From a virus, in IMG/VR virus record IMGVR_UViG_3300044981_000021, positions 36,881 through 100,880 of that record: a stretch of 64,000 nt of DNA; one strand, written 5' to 3'. Positions 1-9,592 of the stretch are shown one piece after another (position 1 is the first letter of the stretch; each line of letters begins with the position of its first letter). Below the pieces are notes generated by a model. It ran no database searches. It was not told the DNA's origin and saw only the letters and a program-made list of their open reading frames with translations. The translations under genes were made by a program, and so were the position numbers.

Positions 1-940
1 GAGAAGCTGTGGTTGCCCCTGTCCACGTAGCAAACTGAGTCGTATTTCCTGTTACGGTTCCTGTTGATGGATTGGCCCCTGCCCCACCGCCAATTAGAGG
101 CAGATTTAACGTAAACGTTGGAACGGTAGGAACCCCCGCTCCAGTGGTATTCGATATAAGCCCTGTAGCCAGACCTGATAGCGATGTTCCGTTAAGACCC
201 GTGTTGGTCATCACCCCGGCGTTGGTTATCGAAGAATCACCACTAAGTGCGACACATTTAGCGAGGTTAGAACCGTTACCTACAACCAAAAACGCAGAAG
301 TACAAGCAGCGGCAATGGCTTGTGAACTACCGTTGGTAGCAAGAAAAGTTGCAGAAGCAGGAACGGCGGCACCATTGATTCCAGTATTGGTCCATACCCC
401 TCCCGCCGTAACTGAAGCATCTTGTGAAATCGCCTGCGCTACGGGAAGATTACCAGCGCTTCCAATGTAAATATCTGTATTTGGCAACGCTGCGGCTACA
501 GGTTGGTTGCTACTATTGGTCCCCACGATTAGGGCAGAAGCAGGGAACGTTCCGCCATTGGCTTCGTTGGCGTTAACTACTCCTGTACCAGAAAATGTAA
601 GCGTTCCCCCTGTTGGGACCGTGCTAGTTCCACCGAGAGAAAGAATGCTGGTGCTGCTTCCAGTCAGGGTCGTTGTTCCGTTGGTTGTCCACTGCGTAAT
701 ACCACCAAACACCGTAGCGTTATTCCACTGTATTTGTCCGTTTGAACCACCCGGGTTTGACCCTGCCCCACCGCAAGCTCCGCCTGAGTCTTGAATCGTA
801 TTAGAATTTAAAAACGATACGCAGTGCCCCGCAGTAACCGCCCCATTAACCGATACGGTACCTCCACCAGAAATTTGGGCTAGAGCAGCGCACTGAAGCA
901 GCAGCAGAACACAAACTACATTTAATGTACGTTTTACCAT
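1..940 (-). CDS. Tail fibre/virion-associated G/T/S/N-rich protein with N-terminal signal peptide (3' end runs off window)
   Basis: ATG at 940-938 overlaps the stop of the upstream ORF (TAATG). Open frame to the window edge: MVKRTLNVVCVLLLLQCAALAQISGGGT...GGSNGQIQWNN. Not in the ORF track because it has no stop in the window. Confidence 0.7.
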   Translation of the reverse strand, partial: MVKRTLNVVCVLLLLQCAALAQISGGGTVSVNGAVTAGHCVSFLNSNTIQDSGGACGGAGSNPGGSNGQIQWNNATVFGGITQWTTNGTTTLTGSSTSILSLGGTSTVPTGGTLTFSGTGVVNANEANGGTFPASALIVGTNSSNQPVAAALPNTDIYIGSAGNLPVAQAISQDASVTAGGVWTNTGINGAAVPASATFLATNGSSQAIAAACTSAFLVVGNGSNLAKCVALSGDSSITNAGVMTNTGLNGTSLSGLATGLISNTTGAGVPTVPTFTLNLPLIGGGAGANPSTGTVTGNTTQFATWTGATTAS

Positions 941-1344
941 TATCCGGCAACCCTACCCGGTGCCCATGAAACCGAATACTCAACAAATACCTGACAAACT
1001 TGCTGAGCGTTGCAATTCAAGGTTAGATCGAATCCTGCCCCGCTAGACGTATTGCGGGTAGTCTCAAATAAGAATCCGGGCGGGCTAGCGCGTTCTGTCC
1101 AGTTTCCCGTACCGCCCGCCGATGGAATCAAGAACGGACCAGCAATATTAGAAAAGTTGGAGTCCTGCCACGTAACAAGCACCGGATTGCTAACATTTTG
1201 ATTCTGAACGTTGTAACTGTGAATACGAACTACGGCTCCGCGCTGTTGGCCGTGGACAGGTCCAGTCTTGTAGGGGTTTGTAACTATCGTAGACGAGTTA
1301 CTTGAGTTGATCGTAACGTTCGCCGTTTGGATGAAAGGAGCCAT
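940..1344 (-). CDS. Hypothetical beta-rich protein, probably virion structural
   Basis: 134-aa ORF with GAGG RBS, translationally coupled to the tail-fibre-like gene. Confidence 0.6.
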   Translation of the reverse strand: MAPFIQTANVTINSSNSSTIVTNPYKTGPVHGQQRGAVVRIHSYNVQNQNVSNPVLVTWQDSNFSNIAGPFLIPSAGGTGNWTERASPPGFLFETTRNTSSGAGFDLTLNCNAQQVCQVFVEYSVSWAPGRVAG

Positions 1345-1354
1345 AATTACCTCA

Positions 1355-1780
1355 CTACATCAATTGGTTTGACGATTGGAGCCATGGCTCATCGTTTGGT
1401 GCGTTGTCCTCTTTTTCATAATCGCGCTGGATAGTTAAAGTTAGCAGGCTTACCGCAAGCATTAACTTCCCGAACTTTTCTTCCACGTTGCCGCGAAACT
1501 CATCGGTCCCCGCCTGTAGGGCCGGTAGCCTAAATCCTTCGTCGAACACGGTTAATCTTTTGAGGACTTCCCAGCAGTCATCAATTCGCATTCCCATCCA
1601 TGCCGCGTTATAGGCTTGTTGGGCGATTTCTTTCTGTTCCTTGGTTAGCTCGCGATCCTTGGCCCACTTTTCAAAACTGCCGACGCGACTGATCTGCAAC
1701 TTTGCCAGCCGCCTAAATCTTTCGAGGCGATCATCCGTGGGAAGTGCTTCAGCTATAACGGTTTCTAGTATTTTTGTCAT
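1355..1780 (-). CDS. Hypothetical protein
   Basis: 141-aa ORF coupled to the upstream ORF (TAATG). Confidence 0.6.
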   Translation of the reverse strand: MTKILETVIAEALPTDDRLERFRRLAKLQISRVGSFEKWAKDRELTKEQKEIAQQAYNAAWMGMRIDDCWEVLKRLTVFDEGFRLPALQAGTDEFRGNVEEKFGKLMLAVSLLTLTIQRDYEKEDNAPNDEPWLQSSNQLM

Positions 1781-2169
1781 TAGTTAACGATCCATTCCGA
1801 CATAAGGTTCGACACGGGAAGCAAAATACTCGACTGGGCTTCGGAATCATAGAAATGCGTGCGGCAGTGATTGTCTTTGAATGATGGGAACGGGCACCCC
1901 TTGGTGCTGCATCTCCCGTCAATCACGATTTCCACGCGCCGCTCTGGCTTGAACTGGCTGCGGAAGGAACATAAGCCGGAATGGCCGAATGGGCGTTTGC
2001 AGGGACACGGGGGCAACTTCATCTTGCCGACTGATCGCCGGATAGATTCTGCGCAAAGGTTAAATTCAACGGAAGCGTCGGCAAAGGTGTTTCCAGGTAT
2101 GGAAACAAAGGCTCTTATTGCCGAACGTTGAGCATCGGTGAGTGCGTGCGCGATATAACTACCTCGCAC
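1780..2169 (-). CDS. Hypothetical protein, HTH-like N-terminus with Cys/His motifs
   Basis: 129-aa ORF with CxC..H..C and C..C..C..H clusters. Confidence 0.5.
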   Translation of the reverse strand: MRGSYIAHALTDAQRSAIRAFVSIPGNTFADASVEFNLCAESIRRSVGKMKLPPCPCKRPFGHSGLCSFRSQFKPERRVEIVIDGRCSTKGCPFPSFKDNHCRTHFYDSEAQSSILLPVSNLMSEWIVN

Positions 2170-2369
2170 GTAATATTAAAGGTTATAGGGGAAAACTTAC
2201 TAGGCAGTACGGCCTTGATAGAATCCAGCGCGGGATTTTAAAACGTGGTCGTCGTGGAAGTGTTCTTGCAGTTCTTCTAGGGAGAGAAAAGGACGCCCGC
2301 CGTCAGGGCACAAATGGCAAAACGCTTTATAGGGCGGCGGGATTATAAATTCAGTTTTTGGTTCTTCGC

Positions 2370-2648
2370 TCACGCGGCTTCTTCGTCTTCTTTGGCCTTC
2401 TTGATTTTTACCTTGACCTTGATATCTTCGGGAACAAGGTCAATCGTTATTCCGTTGTGCTCGTAGTGCTCTCTCTTGTACTTGGTCATCAGGGCAAGTA
2501 TTGCCGCCTTCTGCTCTACTTCCTCGACTAGTAGCGCTTGGCGTTGGTCGCGAGTTTCGGCATATTCTTCGGCTGCCGCCTCTAGTTCCTAAATAGCCGC
2601 ATCTTCGGTACCAGGTAAACGATCTTGCTTAGGCTTTGACTTCGACAT
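2370..2648 (-). pseudogene. Small acidic/basic phage protein with an in-frame TAG at codon 20
   Basis: MSKSKPKQDRLPGTEDAAI*ELEAAAEEYAETRDQRQ...KVKIKKAKEDEEAA; TAG at 2591-2589; otherwise a clean 93-codon frame with GGAGG RBS. Confidence 0.6.
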
Positions 2649-3052
2649 TTTGTGTAACCTCCTGCTCGCAAATTAGTTCTTCGTCTTGGTCTACTGTTGG
2701 GTCGATAGACCTGATCCAATCCGCAAGTTTTTCCATGGTCCACGGCTCAGCATCGGGAAAACCGTGCAATTGTAATCCCATTGGACCAAGCCTATCTTTA
2801 CAAACATGTTCATTGAATAGGTGGGTAATCACGGTTGCAACTTGCCATATGCACCGTCTGTCTAGATTACAACTGCACGGCGAAACCGCTTCCCGTAAAA
2901 GCCATGGATATAAATTCTCGGCAGCTTTTCGTTGTTACGCTCGGCCCTTCTATCATCCCCAGCGCACAGCCAACGCCAACCCCGTAGTGCCGCAAGAATG
3001 GTTCCGCTTGCATCAACTTGCTATTCAGCAACATCTTTTCGTGTGCTCGCAT
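2629..3052 (-). pseudogene. Frameshifted member of the 'LSEAIxLGS...W/ExLADW' paralog family
   Basis: N-half (MRAHEKMLLNS..GCALGM) and C-half (AAENLYPWL..HLFNEHV..WTMEKLADWIRSIDP) lie in different frames, joined by one extra A in AAAA near 2927. Confidence 0.55.
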
Positions 3053-3195
3053 TACTTTCCTCTCGTCGCAAAATAAATTCCGATTATCCAAAGTACGACA
3101 TACGCCAATATGTCTAGGTGTATGCCATAGTCGGATAGCCGCTTGTTCACTTCTTCTCCGTAGTTGCGCCATTGTTCTCTCTCCTTGGAAATTAG

Positions 3196-3224
3196 ATGCT
3201 AGGACACAGCTAAAGGATTGTCAA
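3196..3224 (-). promoter_or_regulatory. Sigma70-like promoter
   Basis: TTGACA-17 nt-TAGCAT on the - strand. Confidence 0.55.
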
Positions 3225-3426
3225 GATTTTTTTCTTTACGGAAGTCCTTAGCGTTCGGGCAACTACTCCAGTGAGCAATCAACGTACCTGAGTCGAGCGG
3301 AACGAATTTCCCCGTTGGCGTCCTCCAAAATTCGATCTCGGCTCCGCATCCCGTACGTTTAGTGGACTTCTTGGGCGGTTCGTAGCCCGCTCTTACTAAT
3401 CCGTCTTCAGTGGTCGGAAATGGCAT
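3199..3426 (-). CDS. Small zinc-ribbon-like hypothetical protein
   Basis: GCGAEIEFWRTPTGKFVPLD...HWSSCP. Confidence 0.55.
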   Translation of the reverse strand: MPFPTTEDGLVRAGYEPPKKSTKRTGCGAEIEFWRTPTGKFVPLDSGTLIAHWSSCPNAKDFRKEKNLDNPLAVS

Positions 3427-3841
3427 ATAAACTCCAATACGGCACGATTTTCATGTTCTTTAGGTGATGATCTGAATGGCATTTAGCGTCTAGGCACGCG
3501 ACATTCTGTAAAACGTCAGACCCACCAAGGCTGCGATGTTGTAAATGGTGTAGTTCAAACGTTAGGTAATGAAATGGTTTACCACAACGTTTGCCTTGTT
3601 TTACGCTCTCGCACCTGCCACCGCTGCGTTGGTAGGCGGCCAGCCTTAAATCCTCCATCCCCCTAGCGTCCAACCTAATCTTGCCGCTTCGCCAAGAAGT
3701 CTTAGCCTTCTTTGGTTTTTTCTTGATCCAACTTCTTTTAAGCGGTTTTTTGGGCTTTTTCACGAAGTTTACTCGCTTGTTTCTCGGCTGTTTTCTTTCG
3801 CCTATCCGCAGCCTGTAATTCTTCCGCGTTGCCAGCTTCAA
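3407..3841 (-). CDS. HNH endonuclease (true start probably near 3741)
   Basis: RSGGRCE..RCGK..ELHHLQHRSLGGSD..NVACLDAKCHSDHH. Confidence 0.75.
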   Translation of the reverse strand: MKLATRKNYRLRIGERKQPRNKRVNFVKKPKKPLKRSWIKKKPKKAKTSWRSGKIRLDARGMEDLRLAAYQRSGGRCESVKQGKRCGKPFHYLTFELHHLQHRSLGGSDVLQNVACLDAKCHSDHHLKNMKIVPYWSLYAISDH

Positions 3842-4463
3842 AGAAAATCACCAAGGCATAGAGAAACTTAGCTTCCGCCGATATTGATTTATCCGCATCG
3901 TGGAACTGCTCCATGTAAAGCGCCCGAGATTCCAAATCCTTGAACCTTACAACTAGGCTTACGGGGTAGTTCCTCGCAAACAGTACCGTCGCTTCTTTTT
4001 GTTCTTCGGGTGGAAGATGTTTGTTTTTGGCTTCTTGTAAGTCGGTTTTCCACTGTTCTGGACTTGAATCTAGTGCCGACTTTACTAAGTTGATTCGTTC
4101 CTTTGGTGGTACGCTAGCTAGCTCCGCTGCCCGCGTATGGCCGATAGCGTCAATCATGTTTTCAGGGATCGCATATTCGCCTTCGGCTAGACTGCCAATC
4201 AAGGCTAAATTGAACAATTTTGTGTGCGAAATGCTGCCCATGTTCGCCTTAGCGTAAGCTTCCCACGTCCGAAACTCTTTCCCCGTAACAGGATCAGTCA
4301 ACACCCGCCATAGAGATTTATCCTTCATCCGACAAACGCATTTACTAAGCGCAGAGATGTTCTTCTTGAAAGATGAGATTAAGTCTTTGATTTCTGCGTC
4401 TAGTATCTTCGCTTCGGCAACTAGTAATACTTGCTCGGACGGTAGAACTAACTCAGCCTTCAA
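3738..4463 (-). CDS. Hypothetical helical protein
   Basis: 241-aa ORF, TTG start. Confidence 0.6.
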   Translation of the reverse strand: MKAELVLPSEQVLLVAEAKILDAEIKDLISSFKKNISALSKCVCRMKDKSLWRVLTDPVTGKEFRTWEAYAKANMGSISHTKLFNLALIGSLAEGEYAIPENMIDAIGHTRAAELASVPPKERINLVKSALDSSPEQWKTDLQEAKNKHLPPEEQKEATVLFARNYPVSLVVRFKDLESRALYMEQFHDADKSISAEAKFLYALVIFFEAGNAEELQAADRRKKTAEKQASKLREKAQKTA

Positions 4464-4626
4464 CCATTAACCCGCCTTGATGAAATGTTTACTACAGATT
4501 GTTTTTCAATACCGCTAGGTTCGCGTTGTACAAACGGCGTGGGGTCGTGATTATCCTTTGACCGATGGAGAAACGCTGCGCGGCCAGAATCCCCACTCCA
4601 GCCGCATTTACAGCGCCATAACACCG

Positions 4627-5016
4627 TCACTGCTTCACCAAGTTTTCGCAGAAAATCTCTACCGCTTCGCGCGTCTCCTTAGAGGTTTCCTTTGGTTCAA
4701 TTGTGGACACGAAATCAGCCAACTCTTCGATTGTCATTTCGCCCTTGCAAACATGCCGATCAAATGGATGCCAAACAATTTCTTGGAAACGTACCGAATG
4801 TAAACACTTTGGACATGTGGCACTAGCAATATTTACATCGTCCATCCATGGGAATTGTCTTTGAAATGCAAACCAAGCATTCGTGTCCCTTTCATCTTCG
4901 GCCAAATAGCCATTGGTGGCGAGGTTTGCCATCGCCATACCGCACGTCCGCAGATCGCCACTTTTGGGCTTGCCAACCAAAAAACTCCCAAGACGGATAG
5001 CTTCACTGAGTAACAT
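4627..5016 (-). CDS. Hypothetical protein, 'LSEAIRLGS' paralog family
   Basis: MLLSEAIRLGS..FPW..CPKC..HPFDRHV..MTIEELADFV. Confidence 0.7.
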   Translation of the reverse strand: MLLSEAIRLGSFLVGKPKSGDLRTCGMAMANLATNGYLAEDERDTNAWFAFQRQFPWMDDVNIASATCPKCLHSVRFQEIVWHPFDRHVCKGEMTIEELADFVSTIEPKETSKETREAVEIFCENLVKQ

Positions 5017-5464
5017 GGATATCGACCTCCGTTTCCGTTTTAACTTCGGGTTGAATTTCTGCTTCTTGTGGCTCGTTCTCGCGAATCCAGTCCACGGCTT
5101 GTTCGAGAGTCATATTTCCAAGTTTTATTTGCACGGCCATGATGGAAATAATCCCCTTAGCAAAGTAAGGTGATTGGCAATTTTGCGTTACATATCCAAA
5201 TGGATGAGTGTCGTCGTAAGGCGGAAGGTCTTTCAGGAATTTCGGTATCTCAAACTTATCGTTTATCCATGGCCAGATAGCGGTTATTTGACCTATTTCG
5301 TCTACGTGCTCATCTAGAATGCGCTTGTTGTAGTCAGCTTCATATCTTACGCCAAGAGCGTAACCACCAAGCCCCAGCAAACAGCCGCCATCTTCGCACA
5401 TCCAATACTTTGGCTCAAATCGCAATTGGGTTGAACCCAACATAATCGCTTCTGAAAGTTTCAT
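5003..5464 (-). CDS. Hypothetical protein, 'LSEAIMLGS' paralog family
   Basis: MKLSEAIMLGS..GCLLG..WPW..MTLEQAVDWIRENEP. Confidence 0.7.
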   Translation of the reverse strand: MKLSEAIMLGSTQLRFEPKYWMCEDGGCLLGLGGYALGVRYEADYNKRILDEHVDEIGQITAIWPWINDKFEIPKFLKDLPPYDDTHPFGYVTQNCQSPYFAKGIISIMAVQIKLGNMTLEQAVDWIRENEPQEAEIQPEVKTETEVDIHVTQ

Positions 5465-5475
5465 TTTTCTCTCTC

Positions 5476-7122
5476 CTAAAATGGTGTCTGGTCGTTAACC
5501 GCATTTCGTTTCCGCCCATTACTAGGCGGGGTGTACTCGATACGCTCTAGTTTAATCGCTCCATCGGCTGTGTCAAGAACTTTAAAAAAGAATTTCTCCG
5601 GAGCCATCGCGGCCTTGATTTCGCAAAGGAACTCTCGTGTCCACGTGTCCTCATCCTCAACCCTGATTCCCAATACGAATTCTGCATATCCAGCGATTGA
5701 TCCCGCCCCGCGTATGCTTTCTGTCAGTGTGGCGTCGGCAGTTTTGTTGCTGTGGTGAATCACGCATATAGATGCCCCGGTTTCGTTTTGGATGTGATTT
5801 AACACATCAATTACGCCTTTTTGCATGTCGGTCGGGGAATTCTCGTCTTGTCCATGCAAGACCCGCATAACGTCTAAGATGAGAAATTCGGCTTGATGAT
5901 GCTTTAAATCTGCAATCAATTTGGTTACGTCTTCGGGATAATCGAGCATTATTTTAGGACGTAACCCCTTAGCGTTTACAAATAACCAACCATCTAGATC
6001 GGCGGCAGTCAATTGGCGATGAGCGCGGAGTTTCTTGAGTCTCCACTGAGTTAATGCGGCATTATCCTCGCGGCTCACTAGCGCGACCTTGGCTCGCTTA
6101 GGAACGAAGAAATCTAGCCATTTCTGCCCACTCGCGATAGCCAACGCCATGTCTAGTGAAACGATAGACTTTCCAGCCTTAGGACGAGCCACAAAAATTC
6201 CATTGGAGCCGCGTTGAATAACGCCTTCGATAAGCCAATCAATATATTCCGCCGACCGTTCCTCGAATTGAGTAATAGTCATAAACAGCGTGGCCGTTGG
6301 TTCTTCTGGTTTCCATGTCGGCGTATTCTTGACCAATTGAATCAGTTCTTGAACGGTATGCGCGGCGAGATAGTCCGACACGTCTTTTACGTCAGGACAG
6401 GAAACAATCTTCACACCATTGGCATACCGATAGACGGAGTTAGCTACTTGGAGGGCGTGGGCACGACCGGGATCGTCGTTGTCCTGAAAGATGATGACTT
6501 TTTTGCCCGTAAAAAATGGAGAAAAGCGGTCCTGCCATTTTCCTGCCCCTCGCGGCGAAGTCGTCGCCGTAAACTTCCCGCTTTGATTGCGGAGTATAGT
6601 TCGCAAATTATCGGCATCGCGTTCCCCTTCCGCGCAAGCTACCTCGCTCGCGCATATAATTTCATCCAAGTGATAGGGCACCATCGGAATGTCTTGCGTT
6701 TTATATTCCCACGTCCCATCGTCTTTTTTGTGGCGCTGCGTAAATCGCTTGCCTGGGTATCGAACGACTTGGAAGATTTCTTTGCCATTGGCGTCTACAT
6801 AGGAATAGATTGCTTCGGGTTCTTTCCCGGTCGATAGGAACAACTGCGGTTGGCCGACAATCTCGGCTATCTGCTTCAATGCCGCCTGTTTGTCGCATGA
6901 GGAAAATTTTTGCTCGAAATCTAAAATTCCACCCTTACCACACCCCGCATGACAAAACCATACCCCGGATTGCATGTTGACAGAAAATGCTGGAGTGTTA
7001 GTGTTGTCGTGGAATGGACATAGCGCCATCCATCCGCGTCCAGACCTGCGCAGCCTTCGATCTTGAAGTCTTGCTTCAAAAAAGCGAGTGAATTCCTGTT
7101 CTGATAGCTCGCTTATTCGCAA
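5476..7122 (-). CDS. Primase-helicase (CHC2 zinc finger + TOPRIM + RecA-like AAA_25 helicase)
   Basis: CPFH..WFCHAGCG; EGERD and DNDDPG TOPRIM motifs; Walker A ARPKAGKS, Walker B LILD, IHHSNK, RGAGS. Confidence 0.9.
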   Translation of the reverse strand: MRISELSEQEFTRFFEARLQDRRLRRSGRGWMALCPFHDNTNTPAFSVNMQSGVWFCHAGCGKGGILDFEQKFSSCDKQAALKQIAEIVGQPQLFLSTGKEPEAIYSYVDANGKEIFQVVRYPGKRFTQRHKKDDGTWEYKTQDIPMVPYHLDEIICASEVACAEGERDADNLRTILRNQSGKFTATTSPRGAGKWQDRFSPFFTGKKVIIFQDNDDPGRAHALQVANSVYRYANGVKIVSCPDVKDVSDYLAAHTVQELIQLVKNTPTWKPEEPTATLFMTITQFEERSAEYIDWLIEGVIQRGSNGIFVARPKAGKSIVSLDMALAIASGQKWLDFFVPKRAKVALVSREDNAALTQWRLKKLRAHRQLTAADLDGWLFVNAKGLRPKIMLDYPEDVTKLIADLKHHQAEFLILDVMRVLHGQDENSPTDMQKGVIDVLNHIQNETGASICVIHHSNKTADATLTESIRGAGSIAGYAEFVLGIRVEDEDTWTREFLCEIKAAMAPEKFFFKVLDTADGAIKLERIEYTPPSNGRKRNAVNDQTPF

Positions 7123-7580
7123 AAAAATTCTCCGTGGTATGCGAGCGCATATTTCCTGTAAGCGTCGGCGGCTTCGCGTTCGTCGCTAAACGATCCGAGG
7201 TAGTGACTTTTCCCATCAACCCTGATGTTAGCAATCCATTTTTGGGCCTTTTTGTTCCACGCAACACCCTTAAATTTTGAACTGCTAGGATGTTCTCGGT
7301 GCAAGTTGAATTGATTTTGCTGGCGGGTGGCGATTCGTAGATTCTCTCTTCTGCAATTTAACCCATTGTGGTCCTTGTGGTCTACGACTAACTTTTTATC
7401 AGCAACCCCCATAATCACGCGATGCAACATGTGTAATTTTAAACTAGGCCAATCGGGGCGATAGGCGTATTTATGCTTGTTCCTCACAACAAGCAGGGAC
7501 CATTTCCATTGAGATAAATATTGGTAATCTTCGTCGTCTACTATGGCAACCAAACCACGACTGAGGGGAAGTTCTTTCAT
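7113..7580 (-). CDS. HNH-AP2 homing endonuclease
   Basis: LHRVIMG..VDHKDHNGLNCRRENLR followed by an AP2 domain (SKFKGV..KWIANI..YLGSF..EAADAY). Confidence 0.9.
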   Translation of the reverse strand: MKELPLSRGLVAIVDDEDYQYLSQWKWSLLVVRNKHKYAYRPDWPSLKLHMLHRVIMGVADKKLVVDHKDHNGLNCRRENLRIATRQQNQFNLHREHPSSSKFKGVAWNKKAQKWIANIRVDGKSHYLGSFSDEREAADAYRKYALAYHGEFFCE

Positions 7581-7606
7581 GGGGAATGAGACAATCTACC
7601 ACGAGT

Positions 7607-7822
7607 TCACAAAGAAGCAACAGAATTATTTTTCACGAACCACATGGCCAACTCCACGCGATTTGAGTGGCCCGTTTTGTCTAGGATGCGGCGAACGTAG
7701 TTCTTGATGACATGTCTGGTTGTACCCAAGATGTTGGCGATGTCTTTGTTGTTCTCGCCTGCCGCTATCAGCCGAAGAACTGCCAATTCTTTGGGCTGAA
7801 AATGAATGTCGCCTAGTCGCAT
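7607..7822 (-). CDS. LuxR/GerE-type HTH transcription regulator
   Basis: PKELAVLRLIAAGENNKDIANILG..IKNYVRRILDKTG..NRVEL. Confidence 0.9.
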   Translation of the reverse strand: MRLGDIHFQPKELAVLRLIAAGENNKDIANILGTTRHVIKNYVRRILDKTGHSNRVELAMWFVKNNSVASL

Positions 7823-8067
7823 GTGTCCTGGATAGCCCGCATGGCCATGGCCGCAATCTTAATCAACTCGCGCTTCATCCGTTCTTTATCGCGGACACCC
7901 GGTTTTTGCATAACTTCCTTCCAATATTCGTCCATTTTTTCAAGGATGACCGCGTAGGCTTCATGTGGACTAGTCATTGGACCGTAACGCTTGACGGCGG
8001 TTTCTAGTTCGTTGGCTACGGCAGACAGGATGTACTCGGTGGATAGCGTAGTGCGGGATTTAATCAT
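7813..8067 (-). CDS. Hypothetical protein (MazG-like helical family)
   Basis: SPHEAYAVILEKMDEYWKEV..ELIKIAAMA; start chosen at the ATG following GGAG. Confidence 0.55.
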   Translation of the reverse strand: MIKSRTTLSTEYILSAVANELETAVKRYGPMTSPHEAYAVILEKMDEYWKEVMQKPGVRDKERMKRELIKIAAMAMRAIQDTCD

Positions 8068-8084
8068 TTCATCTCCAGATACAT

Positions 8085-8285
8085 TTAATGTATTTTCGAC
8101 TTTTTCTGTTTGGCTTCCTTGGCGGTTGGGATTTGCTTCTTCAACCGCCACGTCGCAACTTGAGATTCCACGAGTTCCGTCAAAAACCTATCGGGTTCAA
8201 TGTCGAGACTCTGGGCTACCAATTTCGCATCTCTTAATAAGACCGGGTTTATATGCAGGGTTACGGTCGCAATCTTTTCGGACAT
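8085..8285 (-). CDS. Small ribbon-helix-helix-like protein
   Basis: Alternating beta strand (VTLHI) followed by two helices; stop codon lies inside the 13-bp palindrome. Confidence 0.45.
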   Translation of the reverse strand: MSEKIATVTLHINPVLLRDAKLVAQSLDIEPDRFLTELVESQVATWRLKKQIPTAKEAKQKKSKIH

Positions 8286-8297
8286 GCGGCGATTCTA

Positions 8298-8492
8298 TCA
8301 GTGCATCGTGCAAGTTAATAGCGGAAAATTAATTCCATGCTTTTCTGATAGGTGATTGAAGATCATCCACTCCCGCTTGAAGTTTTCTTCGGGAACCATT
8401 AGCACGATTTCCCAACCACATTCACACGATATGGTTTCTATTCCCGCAACTCCTGTCGGCGGATTTTTCTCTAAATCGCCAAGAAGTGTCAC
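8298..8492 (-). CDS. Small Zn-finger-like protein
   Basis: CECG...HLSEKH. Confidence 0.5.
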   Translation of the reverse strand: MTLLGDLEKNPPTGVAGIETISCECGWEIVLMVPEENFKREWMIFNHLSEKHGINFPLLTCTMH

Positions 8493-8962
8493 AGTATCCT
8501 CCGCTTCTGCACGACTAGCGGCTTGCCGTACTTGTCTAATGGACCATTAGCATAGCTCGTTATATTTGGCAAGAACTTTCTTGGTCGATCAGGAAAATTC
8601 ACATTTTGTGAATCCATGTAGTTCAGCAGCCATTCCCGAAATTCTTCCTTTGTCAATTCGGGTCGTGCCTTGAGCAGATTGTTCAACTGCTTCGCATCTC
8701 CCGCATCCCAAACTGGGGCTTTACCGAAGTTGATGTGTTTGTAAAACTTTACTAGCATTTCTTTGAATTGCTCAAATCGCGACCTAACATCAGTCGGCGG
8801 CGGTAGTAGTTCTAGATTCACTAGCTTTGGGGTTAGGGCTTCAATCTTCTTGTTGGCTTCTTTTAGGGCTTGTTTGGTTGCTAGTAGCCTTTGCCTTAGT
8901 TCGTGAATCTCTTTATCTTTACCAACCGTTTCCGAAATCATAAAGTCTTCAAATGTACTCAT
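8489..8962 (-). CDS. Hypothetical protein
   Basis: 157-aa ORF with GGAGG RBS, coiled-coil N-terminus. Confidence 0.6.
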   Translation of the reverse strand: MSTFEDFMISETVGKDKEIHELRQRLLATKQALKEANKKIEALTPKLVNLELLPPPTDVRSRFEQFKEMLVKFYKHINFGKAPVWDAGDAKQLNNLLKARPELTKEEFREWLLNYMDSQNVNFPDRPRKFLPNITSYANGPLDKYGKPLVVQKRRIL

Positions 8963-8988
8963 TGCACCCTCCTAGACTAAATAGATGC

Positions 8989-9225
8989 TCAGTAATGCCC
9001 GATTGGCTCAGATTTGAGGCACACGAGAACCATAGCCATGATTCCCGTGATTATGCCGTCTTGGACGAGTCCTCGGCTTTCAACGTGTACAGTTCTGGTG
9101 TAATTTCCGTTCTCAGAGAGAACTAGGCTTAACGACACACACCAACGCTTCTGCAATCTTATTATCGCCTCGGTCATGTTCCCAAGGAAGGTTCGGAAAG
9201 CTCTTGTTTTGGCTTCGTACAGCAT
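8989..9225 (-). CDS. Hypothetical protein
   Basis: 78-aa ORF in the operon direction. Confidence 0.35.
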   Translation of the reverse strand: MLYEAKTRAFRTFLGNMTEAIIRLQKRWCVSLSLVLSENGNYTRTVHVESRGLVQDGIITGIMAMVLVCLKSEPIGHY

Positions 9226-9592
9226 AAGATTGGCCCTTGCGGACTACAGCGCCATAGCTGCCGCCACCCCTCGCGAGATGGCTTAATAGCATCAAATTTT
9301 GGTCTTTCTCTTGTATGAAGATACCGAAATCTGAATTTTGGGTTAGCAAAATACGGTGGTCGTGGCGGGTGCGGATTTCGGTACGCGAAGCCCGCCAGCG
9401 ACCAAGGATTTTACTGAATCCCTAAAAGAACTATAAAACGACAGACCAAGAAATGCAAGCACTAGTCTGGCGGAAATATGGGTTTAATGAACCCTATTAC
9501 GTGCTTGGCCAATTCACCGCCAAGCCAAAGCGCAATTCCTAGCGAGAAAACGATAACGACAAAGCGGACTGTCGGGCTATTTTTTAGCACGT

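Noticed and set aside
72-794. + strand ORFs 72-470 and 507-794 (and similar antisense ORFs across the window)
   Set aside because: They are antisense shadows of Gly/Thr-rich - strand genes
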